The position numbers were made by a program, and so were the translations under genes. The notes beneath the pieces were generated by a model, which saw only the letters and a program-made list of their open reading frames with translations, ran no database searches and was not told the origin of the DNA. 62,000 nt of DNA from Wallemia ichthyophaga EXF-994 (Eukaryota > Fungi > Basidiomycota): the NCBI RefSeq assembly GCF_000400465.1, contig NW_008806277.1, positions 180,001 to 242,000 on the forward strand, in the 5' to 3' direction. Shown piece after piece: positions 26,245 to 37,408 of this stretch (positions within the stretch are counted from its first letter, which is position 1; each line of letters begins with the position of its first letter).

Positions 26245-26355
26245 GATAGTAAATTTAAAAGAATACATTTAAATGGCGGCAATTAAAACGTTTCAAAATA
26301 ATTGAAAGATATTTACAGTGTCCTTATTCCATTCCGCTGGGCTCAGCGCTCACGT

Positions 26356-27217
26356 TTAGAGCAAGTAGACTGCTGCACCGAGGATGATTGCACCCATAGC
26401 AGCAAAAGCCTTGCTCTTTGATGCAGATGAGTCATCATCTTTATCACCGCTGCCATTGTCGTTACTGGTGCTTTTGTTGGTGCTGCTGTCACCATTCTCG
26501 TCAATGATGTTCTTCTCGCTGTTGCTGATGTTGTTATCGGTGTTGTTGTAAGATTCGCTGTTATCGTCATAGTCAGCCTTTCCAGTATTAGTTGCGTTGA
26601 GAAGCGTCTCATTGAATGTTCCGGTCATACCAGTGAGCTATTCGAGCTGTCAACTACGCAATAAAGATTCAATAATTATCACTCACTCCAAATATTCCTG
26701 TGTATGCGATGTAAGGGTAACCATAATTTGACGCTTCTTCGGTCTGAGCTGGGAGACTGTCTGAAACAATGCGAAGAGAGCTGTTTGCTTCTTAGAGATA
26801 GTGTCTTCTAAATAAGCTTTATACTCACTAGAATATTCCATCTTGACCGACGTCTGGATCGATCGTTGTGGTGAATTCTTTTTCAGTCGCGTCGACGGTA
26901 CCAAGTTGGCTCAATGGTACCATAGCCAACTATAAATTCGTCAGAACGCTCCCATTTCTGACTTAAACCAACTCACAGACTCATTTCCTGCGAAGAGGTA
27001 AATATGTGATTGACCAATATCGCTCAAAGTAACATTATCTCCTTTTTGAGTCCATTTCACCGTGTATTCATTGCCTGCCTCAACCTTATCTCCAGAAAGT
27101 GGTTGAGTGATAGCCTGCTTCAAGTCGGCCTCAATGCGTTCGAGTATACATTCAACCCACAAGGTTAGCGAGAGTTTTTGATGCGATTGCAGATAAAGCG
27201 AAAATTGATTTCAACAT
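26356..27217 (-). CDS. Ser/Thr-rich GPI-anchored secreted protein (Kre9/Knh1-like N-terminal family), copy A
   Basis: Signal peptide MLKSIFALSAIA; ITQPLSGDKVEAGNEYTVKW; IDPDVGQDG; YPYIAY; MTGTFN; Asn/Asp linker; hydrophobic GPI-type C-terminus. Confidence 0.8.
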
Positions 27218-27949
27218 TTTAAACGCAAAAGTTCTGTAACCGTGGTAATCTTGTTGAAAAGAGCGTCTTCGTTGCTTAAATTGTGGTAGGTCCGTGCCAA
27301 GTGTAAGCCCGTGCAGTTAGGTACGCAGGACAAAAAAGCTATCGCATTATACAGTCTCTTTTATCTTTTGTAATACAATTTGCTTCTTTTCTGGCTTGCC
27401 ATCAAGATATTTTGCGCGCGGCCCTGCCAAAGCATGATAAGCCTGAGACATGTTGAGGGTACTTGACAATCACGACGGTTGCAAGCGAATTTTGCAAGGC
27501 TTCATCTAAGTCAATTATGCAGAATGGATTGGCGGAACCATTGAATAGTAAGACTTCCAAGGGGTATAAGCTCCTTAGAGACGGATATCTGTGGCGAGTG
27601 AAAGTAAGTGTCGAGCAGTTCTATTGTGGGCTACCGTCATCGCAAAGGCGCCTCCAGCAGATAAATACGTTGCGCATCTGTTACGCATGGATACCGACAT
27701 TCGTGCTTGTGGTAACACATGCATGGCAAGCTTATACACGCTGAAATAGAGCTAGATCTTTTCAGGTGACTCTGAAAGCCGCAAAACTCCTTCAAGCGCG
27801 AAAATGAGGACGATCTATCTGCCGTCTCGAAACAAAAGAAAGTCACGCTTCGAGACAAGTGTTTATAGCACAGTCTTATGTAAGCACATACTCTAAAGCA
27901 TGTAATGACAGACCTAAGCCTGATCAGAACGACTTCTTGGTCTATTTAG

Positions 27950-28157
27950 ATGGGATGCCTGTGTCAGTCTCTCAAAAACAAATATGTTCACAGCGTCATC
28001 GTCATGAATGTTTAAGCTAATCTGAATATGTATATCATGTACATAAAATAGTTTACTCGGCCTTTGGAGCTGGCAATGGGGCTTGTGCCTTCTTGCCACG
28101 GACCTTCTTGGCTGGAGCATCCTTCTTTTGGCCTTTAGAAGCGTAAATGGCTGAAAC
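27950..28157 (-). pseudogene. Remnant of RPL28 last exon and 3'UTR
   Basis: 28034-28157 is identical to 30179-30302 (VSAIYASKGQKKDAPAKKVRGKKAQAPLPAPKAE*); the upstream exons are absent. Confidence 0.85.
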
Positions 28158-28169
28158 AATGGCAACAAC

Positions 28170-28260
28170 GGTCATCGATATACAACTTACACGATGAGCT
28201 GCCTGCTCGTCCTACTCACCGGCAATGTCACTTTAGCTTCTCTCCGAACAAGATATGATG
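28170..28260 (-). pseudogene. Degenerate remnant of RPA34 first exon and donor site
   Basis: Aligns by eye to 26170-26250 (GAGAGAAGC..AAGTGA..ACGAGCAGGCA); ATG changed to ATA. Confidence 0.6.
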
Positions 28261-28371
28261 ATATTTCAAAATGTATTACTTGTATATAAATGGTTACAAT
28301 TAAAACCGCTTAAAAGGATAAAAAGATATTTACAGTGTCCTTCTACATTCCGCTATTCTCAACGCTCACGT

Positions 28372-29228
28372 TTAGAGCAAGTAGACTGCTGCACCGAGGA
28401 TGGTTGCACCCATAGCAGCGAAAGCCTTGCTCTTTGATGCAGATGAGTCATCATCTTCATCACCGTTGTCACCATTGTCACCGTTGCTGTTGTTGTTGTT
28501 GTTGTTTTTGTCACCGCCTGACTCACCGTTGTTGTCCGAATCGCTATCATCTTCGTTGTCCGAATCGCTATCACCGTCGTTGTTAGCCTTTTCAGCACCA
28601 GTTGCGTTGAGGAGTGTTTCATTGAATGTTCCGGTCATACCAGTGAGCTATTCAAGCTGTTAGTTACACAATAAAACCCTAACGCTCATCAACTTACTTC
28701 GAAAATATCAGAGTACGCAATGTAAGGGTAGTCGTATTGCGCCATTTCTGGCTTTTGAGATTGGAGATTGTCTGAAACGACACGGATCGTGCTATTTTTT
28801 GGTTAGAGGTATTTTGCTCCAAATAGGATATTTACCCACTAGTATGTTCCGTTTTGACCGATTTCTGGATCGATCGTAGTGTTGAATTCTTTCTCAGTAG
28901 CGTCGACGGTACCAAGTTGGGTCAATGGAACCATAGAGTCCTATTCATGTGTCAACAAGCTCTCATTCTTCACTGTACCTAGCTCACAGAGTCATTCCCT
29001 GCGTAGAGGTAGACATGTGATTGGCCAATGTCGCTCAAGGTCACATCCTCTCCTCTTTCTACCCATTCCACTGTATATTCTTCACCTCCTTCAATCGTAT
29101 CACCAGAGATTGGTTGGGTGATAGACTGCTTCAAGTAAGCGTCGATGCGTTTCAGTAAACAATACACCCACAAGTCTAGCGAGAGTTGTTGATGCGATTG
29201 CAGATAAAGCGAAAATTGATTCAAACAT
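28372..29228 (-). CDS. Ser/Thr-rich GPI-anchored secreted protein, copy B
   Basis: Same exon structure as copy A; MFESIFALSAIA, ITQPISGDTIEGGEEYTVEW, MTGTFNETLLNAT, near-identical GPI signal; reading frame intact after splicing. Confidence 0.8.
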
Positions 29229-30197
29229 TTTAAACGCCAAACTTTTGTATCGGTGGTAGTCCTGTCGCAAGGAATGTCTTCGTTCGTTAGTAATTCCTGA
29301 AAAGGCCAGTGCGTGGGGTAGACCTTCACTTAGGTACGCAATGTAAAAGACGTTGCCACATTCGTGCAGTCTCTTCCTTTCTATTGCGATGCAGCTTGCA
29401 TCTCTTCTAGCCTGTTATTAAAATTTTCTGTGCACGTCCCTAGAAAAGAATGATAGGCCGCCTCTAAAACAAATTGAGTAACTAAGGTGGCAATCGCTTA
29501 AGCAGCCTGCAGGTCGATATAGCTTGCTTCGATCTGAGTCAACTATGTTGAGTCGATTGTCGAGCCTCAGAGTTGGTGATCATTATTGCTTCCGAAGGAT
29601 AAAAGCTGCTCAGTATTCTGTGGCAAGTATATTCGCCGTCAAGCTGTTGTCTGGGGCACTGTTCTCATCGCACACGAACCTCCAGCAGATGAGTAAATTA
29701 CCATGAATACAGACTTTCGTGCTTATAATGGAGATATTGCACATGCATGGCAGACTTGTATAGACTAAAATAGTGCTGGATCTTTCAAGTGACTCTAAAG
29801 CCGCATTCCCCTTTAAGCACGAAAATGAGGGCGATTCGTCTGCCATCCCAAATCGAAGCAAGGTTACGTTACCATTCGAGACAAGTATTTATAGCACAGT
29901 CTTAGATTAGCACGTCGTCTAAATCAGTCTGCTGTATTCACTGATGCGTTGTTAAACCGACTGACTAGCATCGGTACTGGATCTTGCTTCATAATCGCAG
30001 ATTTGCTCTCTCAACAAATTGAAAGGTTGATCGTTTGTTGCAATGGCAAAACTTAGCCAAGGCAGAAGAAGGTCTCATTCTACATAAATTGTTGTATGCC
30101 TGTGTCATAGAGTCTCTCAAAAGCAAATATGTTCACAGCGTCGTCGTCATAAATGTTTAGGTGAATCTGCATATGTAAATCATGTACATAAAATAGT

Positions 30198-30950
30198 TTA
30201 CTCGGCCTTTGGAGCTGGCAATGGGGCTTGTGCCTTCTTGCCACGGACCTTCTTGGCTGGAGCATCCTTCTTTTGGCCTTTAGAAGCGTAAATGGCTGAA
30301 ACCTTAGCAACAGCTGGCTGAAATTGCAAGTTAATACGCAATATAGGAGTCTCAATCGAGAGTATAAACTGAGGTTTAGTTTTATCAATGTCATTCGCTT
30401 GAATGGCCAGAGAGGTACGATGAAGTCTTGAAGACAACACCAATCTGGTAAAGTGATGCGAATATTTTAATATAGCAACACAAATACGCCTGACCTTTCA
30501 AAAAGTATTTCGAGGGGGTTCTAGCGTGTTGCGATCGCAGTTTATACTCTCGATTGGATTGAGGTTTATCACTCACCTTGACAAGATCTGGGCGAGTAGT
30601 AGCAACAACATTGGCAGTTGACTTGTAAGCACGACGCTTTCCTCCAGTGACTTGGGTCTTAGCGAAGCCCTTGTTCCATTGGTTGACTGGGGCCTTGGTC
30701 TTACGAGCAACGATTACAGCACCCTTGTCGTGTGGGTTGACACCAAGAGCCTTTTGACCATTGATGGTTGAAGAGTACTTGTAAGAGTGGTTTGCGAGCA
30801 AGTTACCAGGCTCAGAAGACAACTTGTGGGAACCTGGTGCACTTGGGCGAATGAAAGAGGAAGATTTACGCAACAAGAGCCATTGGAGATCACCTGACAC
30901 TGGAGAATCGTTGTTAATACGTTAAAGCACATTAAATTCTAATTCTAACT
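30198..30950 (-). CDS. RPL28: 60S ribosomal protein eL28
   Basis: SGDLQWLLLRKSSSF, SSEPGNL..HSYKYS, TRPDLVK-PAVAKVSAI. ATG apparently split A|TG by intron 30900-30949; long second intron. Confidence 0.9.
30386..30533 (-). ncRNA. Intronic box H/ACA snoRNA in RPL28 intron 2
   Basis: Hairpin GCAACAC..GTGTTGC, H box ATATTA, second hairpin ATTCGC..CCAG..CTGG..GCGAAT, and ACA three nt from the predicted end. Confidence 0.7.
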
Positions 30951-31851
30951 TTTTTCAAGAGTGCTGTATCGCAAGAGGTTTAGACCAAGCACAAAAACCT
31001 TCACGAGTGAATTTTTTTATTTTAAATATATTCGAATGCTATTTCTTGCTAATCTGCGTGTGTATATATCCTGGCCTCGTCCATCACGCACTCTAAACGA
31101 GGTCTACGCTGTCGTTTGGTCTTCTATTCGACGTCGAGCAGCGCGATCTTATAATCTGCGCCCAAGTATATCGAGTTAAACTTCAAATGATGTCTAGTAC
31201 TCTTTGGGCTGGACGTTCTCTTTCTTAACCAGATGCTAGATGCCAGATGCCAGATGCGAAGATGCGCAACCTCTAAAGGCAAAATGTTCTTGTCTGGTTT
31301 GGCTACGAAGAGCATCCATCTTGAAATCCATTTCTCGTTTTTATCTCAAATGTAAAGGTAATAGCACTATACTATTATAAGCGATTCCGACATCTTCCAA
31401 CTTTCGCACAAAATACTTGTTGAAAATCGTTCTAGGTCAGAGCTTTGTGGCTAATTAAGAAGTCCAGTTTCGTTCTCGAACTGCATTGCTTGCATTTCTG
31501 AATTTCCAACTTCGGCAGTGCCTTAGATTCGGCAAAAGATGTAAAGATTTGAGGATATATTTCGGTGTTTATCTCTCTTTATTCATTTGGTGATAGTGTG
31601 AAATGATCTATACTATGTCAGTTTACATAATGCACTTTACAGCTTCGCAGACAATCATTACAGCTCCAAGATAGCCGATAATCACAATGCTCGAAAATTG
31701 TTACAATTATTACTAACAATGCAGCAATGCACTAATCACCATGTTTGTAAAGCCAGCTGCACATTCCAAGCAAAGCAGGGTAGACTTTTCATCAGTAATC
31801 TTAATATTATTCAAAAATAGGTCAATACAATAAAGCGTTCGAGTTCGTAAC

Positions 31852-33398
31852 TTAAGGAGTGTATTCATAGTCTACATCTTCATTTGGTCTTCCGTCAGAC
31901 ATCAGAATGACAGAGTAACGACCGGATAATCTCCAATCCTTCTCTTCCTTGTCCAACTTCTCCGCAACACCTGGTGGTAAACCGACGACGACATCCGACT
32001 TGATAGTCCTCATGGAGCAGACAGGTGGTGCTCCAGGTGCCGATGCTAAAGTACCGATGGCCTCACTGAATGGTGTTGTTGGTGGAGCGCGACAGTCGTA
32101 GGTCAATTTGCGGTGGTTGAGATCACCCTTGAAGAAGACCAACTTGGATTGGTGAAGATCCAAGAACAGATCAGGGCTGACCTCAAGCAAGTGATAGAAA
32201 GTGTAACCAGAGATCCAGAATGGGTGTTGCTCGTATATAATCTTTCCTTGCTGTTCGTATCTCTTCCAACGATTACCCAAAGCACGTAATGAGTTCAGTT
32301 CCTCTGCAGTACCCTTGAACAATCTACCATAGCATGCAGAGTTAATTAACCATTCCCAGTCCTTCTTAGTTACGTCAGAAACGAACCAAGCAAATCTCTT
32401 TCCATGAAATTTGACTTGATCAGCTAAGCCAGCTTGGATAAGGAAGTCAGCCAATACCAAATCAGTAAACAACTCGAAACCGGCATTGTCGAGGACAAAG
32501 TCGATTCTACCGTTTTTGTTGTTCTTCAACTGATTCCAGACTCTTTCTATGTCGTTACCGAGGATGTTTTTCTGCGTGGCAGCGAGTTGATCTCCGCCAG
32601 TTGATTGCAAGTTTTTAATATCTTCCTCAGTCATGTCGATCAGGAGGGAAAGATCGGTAGAGTTTCCCCATAAACAAACTTGGAACAATTCCATGAAAAT
32701 GAGTTTTTTGGCATCGTCATTTGGAATGTGGAAGGGCTCAGCAAAACGCGTAGCTAATTCAAAGACGGCGTGAGATGAGCGGGCGAAAGTGTCACACTTT
32801 TGTCTGAAGAATACGTCGTAGTCCTGGAAGTACTTGGAGAAGGAGAAACAAGAGTGAAGACGACGGTACTTGTAAGCTTCAGCAAAGATCCATGGAGCGC
32901 TCATAAAGTCCTTTCCTTGGAAGTACTTCGCGATTTCCTTGTTCCAGATAGCGATATCACCAGAGCCATCGTCAGGGATAGGTGTGAGCTTCTTGTTTGA
33001 TTTGAGATCGTCCATGAGTGTATCCATTCTGAGACAGGATGATTAGAAAGGAACAAACGAAAGGAGAGATCGTACCTTTCAATACAGGAAAGTAAGTCAA
33101 GAATCTCATCTTCCTTTGAAAGTCCATTTAAAGTGATGATTGTGTCTTCGATGGCTTTGCCGAGGATGGTAGGCAAACGACGGCCCATGACATCGTTTGC
33201 GAAGGAGAACGTGTGATAGCCTCGGAAGGCAGGGAATGGAGGAGATTCAGGGTTAACGTACTTTGCGTCGATCTTGTTAGGTTCGGCCATGTAGGAGCGG
33301 GATCTTGGAGGCATGTTCTTCAATCTGAGCTGCACAGAAGAAGGAACAGAGGCGTTAGGAATGTCTACGCTGCCATTTGGTGTTTGTGGTTGAGCCAT
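31852..33398 (-). CDS. DUF89 / ARMT1-like damage-control metal-dependent phosphatase
   Basis: WIFAEAYKYRR, CLWGNSTDLSLL, RIDFVLDNAGFELFTD, WFVSD, FKGDLNHRKL, RTIKSD; one intron. Confidence 0.9.
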
Positions 33399-33551
33399 AT
33401 TTGAAAAATTGAAGATGACAGTAAAGGGTTAAGGAGGATGATGAAGAATGTGTGGATTGCACTTAGCCAAAGCGACGTCATCGAGGATAATTGGAGTGCG
33501 GGGAGAGTGGAGAAGATTGGATGATATAAAGTAATGTAAGTGTGAGAGTGT

Positions 33552-34009
33552 TTATTCAGTGGCTACAAATCCTTGTATATCCAAATCATATATGGTCACT
33601 CTACCGTAAAAATCCGTCGAACTGTTGAAAAGCAATTTAATATTGTTGGATATCGTCTTATTGTGATTTATACTGAAAGACTGCATTTTGTTGTTATCCT
33701 CAGGATAAAAGCCATCCTGACCAAGCTGGTTGCTGTTGTGATAATACACAATCTGGCAGCTCTTTCCTGAGAATCCACCTTGAAATGTCAATATCAACTT
33801 ATCTATTATATAGTTTTGACCAAATTTTAGCTGGACAGACTGTGGACTGCCCTGTGCGCTTGACCAGCAAGTGTCACTCGATCCATCGATCAGATTAGAC
33901 TTGTTTGAGAACTTATCGATGTTTGATGAAACCCTGCGTTGATTTGTAAGTTGAACTGCGTAGATACATGCACATACTTGACTTTTGTCTCTTTGTTGAT
34001 AACGCTCAT
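33552..34009 (-). CDS. NR2C2AP/TRA16-like (F5/8 discoidin-type) small protein
   Basis: KVSSNIDKFSNKSNLIDGSSDTCWSSAQGSPQ, LTFQGGF, FYPEDNNKMQSF, STDFYGRVTIY; one intron. Confidence 0.82.
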
Positions 34010-34035
34010 CTGCACGCTCTTGGTAATATCATCGT

Positions 34036-34674
34036 ATGAGTAGACTGGAAATTTTAAACGGCGATAATTTTAGATTTGATGGTAGGAAGCCACTCGAGTT
34101 TAGGTCTTTAAATTATAAGTTGGATGATAACAACGTTTACTTCAATCAAGGCCTGACTAAGTTGAAAGTTAACATAAGCGGTTATCACAACTTCAATAAG
34201 CAAGATATCAATATATCCGTCAACAACGTCAACTCGAACCTCTCTAAATCAAAAATTGAAAACCTTATCCAGCAATTGAAGTCCACATTCCTCTCCGTCA
34301 TCAGATTCCACTCAAAGTCATCAATACAAATCAATATAGACATATTGAACTTTGATGGTAGCTTACTATCAACCGCCATAAACGCATTATCACTTTCTTT
34401 ATCTTTAAACGGCATCGAACTACTCGATATAGTCACTTCAACAAATATTGGTGTTTTCAACAATAACCTTTTAATAGACTTGAATAATTTCGAAGAACTA
34501 GATTGCCCTTCAATAACTCTAGCCTCTTTATCTAATTTTGAAAGTTTATCTTTAATTAATCTTGATTCAAAGCTACATTCCTCCTTCTTATCTGACATCA
34601 TTTCTCTATCTACTTCGAGTAATCAAGTATTGAGAGATGATTTGTCCAGTATTTTGTTGTCAAATGCTGTTTAA
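34036..34674 (+). CDS. SKI6: Exosome RNase PH-like subunit Rrp41/Ski6 (divergent, intronless)
   Basis: MSRLEILNGDNFRFDGRKPLEFR; QG.TK; IQINIDILNFDGSLLSTAINA. Confidence 0.72.
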   Translation: MSRLEILNGDNFRFDGRKPLEFRSLNYKLDDNNVYFNQGLTKLKVNISGYHNFNKQDINISVNNVNSNLSKSKIENLIQQLKSTFLSVIRFHSKSSIQINIDILNFDGSLLSTAINALSLSLSLNGIELLDIVTSTNIGVFNNNLLIDLNNFEELDCPSITLASLSNFESLSLINLDSKLHSSFLSDIISLSTSSNQVLRDDLSSILLSNAV

Positions 34675-35575
34675 GAACTCCGTTAATGCATTCATCGTTC
34701 TATTCACATCATTGTCCTGCCAAACATTAACTCTCATCCCACCCTTGAATACGATGAACATGGTCGGTTGATACTCATTAACACCTAATATACCTCCAAT
34801 TTCCTTATTCATCATCACATCCAACCTCATGAACCCGTTGTTCATTCCAGGAATTCCTCTTTGAGCAGCTAAATGGTAGAATGCTTGTGATAATTCAACG
34901 CTATTCGATGAATATGTCGTCAATGGTGATACCTTTATTCCCTTTCAATTTCATAATACTCTATACCACGCAACTCACCGTCATCAGAATGGCTTTGTAA
35001 TTACTCATGATTATATTCTGCATCATCTCCTTTGAGATTACATTCAGCGTCGGCCATTGTGGTAAAACATCTGCTGATTGATATTGCGAATTGGGTATCA
35101 TGGGTAGATTCATTCGAATGTTATTTCTGGCATGATCATTTCCCACTCCTCCACCAAGTGCAGCCTGCGTCCCTACCATTCCTGTACCCCCAATTCCCCC
35201 GAAAGACCCCACACTTCCTGCATTGATGAATTCTGGAAACTTAGCTCCACAAAGAAAGTCGATTGCTTTGTCTGTGAACGTATTTCCATTCCTGTACGCC
35301 ACGTTGTAGCTTCCTGCGTTGAACTCACTACAAAGACCATCTAAAAAGTCCTTATATGTGTCCTCGTCTATTTCTGTAATCCCAGTATTGATGACTCTAG
35401 ATGGCGTCCCTTTGTAAGAGCTGCCCGGTGGTGCCAAGGACCTGATGCCTTCATAACTAAACTCAAACTCTCTATTGAATACCACAACGGTTGTGTGACT
35501 TCTCCCGTTACTGCTCAAGTACCTTATTGCCTCGTTGCTCCAATCATAAATGGCTATTTCGACCTTATTTCCCAT
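34660..35575 (-). CDS. PPPDE/DeSI-like protein plus thioredoxin-like domain, probably catalytically inactive
   Basis: V.IAIYD, HTTVVVFNREFEF, GITEID, YNVAYRNGNTF (NCN motif changed to NGN); second exon has a Trx-like PTMFIVFKGG pattern without CxxC. Confidence 0.72.
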
Positions 35576-36434
35576 GATGGTATTAATTGTGATATTAAGT
35601 GGTTAATTGTATTTGATTATTGGGTTGTACAAATTAAATGAGCAACGTCGCGATCGCGCTATCGCTGGCGTGTTGATTGTTCAAACAAGAGTACGATAAT
35701 CGTCATTAGTCCAGTTTCTTGCTGAATTTTCTCCCTGTTGATCCCTGTTGAATATAACTTGTTTTGTGTACTCGTGTGTACAACCACAATGGCTCTTTTT
35801 CATTGCCTCCGCTTGGTCACAAGTACCAAAAAAATGAATACGTAATTTGAATGGCTACTTAATTTTGTTTAGTTGTCAAACGACTGTAGGGATGCAACAT
35901 AAAGTGGAGGTCACCTCAGCTTATTATACGATGGCTTACATTTTCAAACTTTCCTAGCTGTTAATTACAAGACAACACCATATTCATCCATACATGAAAC
36001 TTATTGGGGGTTGTCATGTACGTATCTGTAACATAAGATTCTCGGCGTGAAGATTCGAAGACTTTTCAGCGTGAATAAGATCGGCATGGATAGCGACGTG
36101 GATAAATTAAATTGTAGAATGCTAAAATTCACTAAAAATTTGGACAGCTCAAATAATCGAAGTCACACTGCGATGGATCTGATTGGCAGTACTCTAAGCA
36201 AACATCGAACTCGATTAGTGAGCTAGTTTAGGTCCACAAGGAGAAGTTTTAATAAATTGTATAATTAAAACCATTTCAGGCTGATGTTTAAGCAGCATAT
36301 TATACGTCTTTGTAAGAGAAAAGAAGTAAATAAACTGAGTGACGGATGACAAAGTGATTATATGGAATTTTGATTAGAGGCGGCCTAAACGAGATCGGTT
36401 AGCAATCTATGGGTGAGTAAATACTATTAGATGG

Positions 36435-37060
36435 TATGATATTCTTCAAACGTTGATGATAGATCAAAGCAGCCTCAATGAGTGCTCGTGATGTCATCCG
36501 AAAACTCCGAAGAGTGACTGGAAGTGAGAACCTACTGTATATACTGTACTTTTGAAATCAAGGACGGAATGAATTTACATTTCAAAATGCATGCATTCAG
36601 TTAATTTGTACTGGAAATGACCGAGAGGGAAAACAGTATGGGTTCAGCACAATCATACAGCATTGAGATTTATATTACAAAAAGTAAGCAAGGATAACAT
36701 GCTTAAAACTAAGCGCATTAACGATGTAAAAGCACGGTGGACGACATCCTACTTGCTCTGAGGCTGTTGGGACGCCATACGCGCTCTATCTCCATATCGC
36801 CCTTCCACCAGACTAAACTGCTAAATAGAAACTGCAACTTTCATTTACAATTTAATTTGATTTATTTACATATTCGCTATACTAAACATTCTCTTAATCC
36901 ATCAGCCTGACACTTACAAGACTAGCTAAAATCTTCAGTGTTCAATGGAGAAGAATTGTTAGAGTGTACTATGGGCAATCAAAATCGAAATTAAAGGATT
37001 TAGTAGTGAACGGTATAACTTAAGAAGTCATATGGCTATACACATGCTGGATAATCTCTA
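36435..37060 (+). repeat. Left arm of older degenerate outer inverted repeat (partner about 43220-43825)
   Basis: Ordered blocks match the reverse complement of the right side, best 36800-36820 vs 43461-43481 (20/21). Boundaries approximate. Confidence 0.7.
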
Positions 37061-37408
37061 AACGATGCAAATGAAATCTGAAATGCAGGCGGAAGAGCAA
37101 ACACTGAAATTGTTTTTGATCAAAAGTCTCGGATCACCATACATAAATCAGTGAATAAATGAAAACTTTCGATAATGCGTGAAATACGTAAGTATGATAT
37201 TAAATAACGCCAATGCTAAGGTTCGTTTGTGTACTTTGCAATCTAAAACAAGGGAAACATCATTTACAAATCAGAAGTACGATAGATATAAAATAAGATA
37301 GTATAATTAGGTAGAGTTAAAATGTAAACGGCCGAAACCAAAAGTAAGTCAAGCCTGTTGATTTCTAGGAAATAGAAAGTCGTCATACACTAGCCAGAAT
37401 CGTAATAG

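Larger units (their letters stand above)
26180..30302. repeat. Tandem segmental duplication, units about 26180-28157 and about 28160-30302
   Basis: Collinear similarity covering the RPA34 5' fragment, the GPI gene, its upstream region and the RPL28 3' end in both units. Confidence 0.85.

Noticed and set aside
30960-31850. Possible small gene or C/D snoRNA between RPL28 and DUF89, including an AGATGCC-like tandem repeat at about 31231-31268
   Set aside because: No consistent spliced ORF or paired C/D boxes could be built; the repeat is only 3-4 degenerate units.
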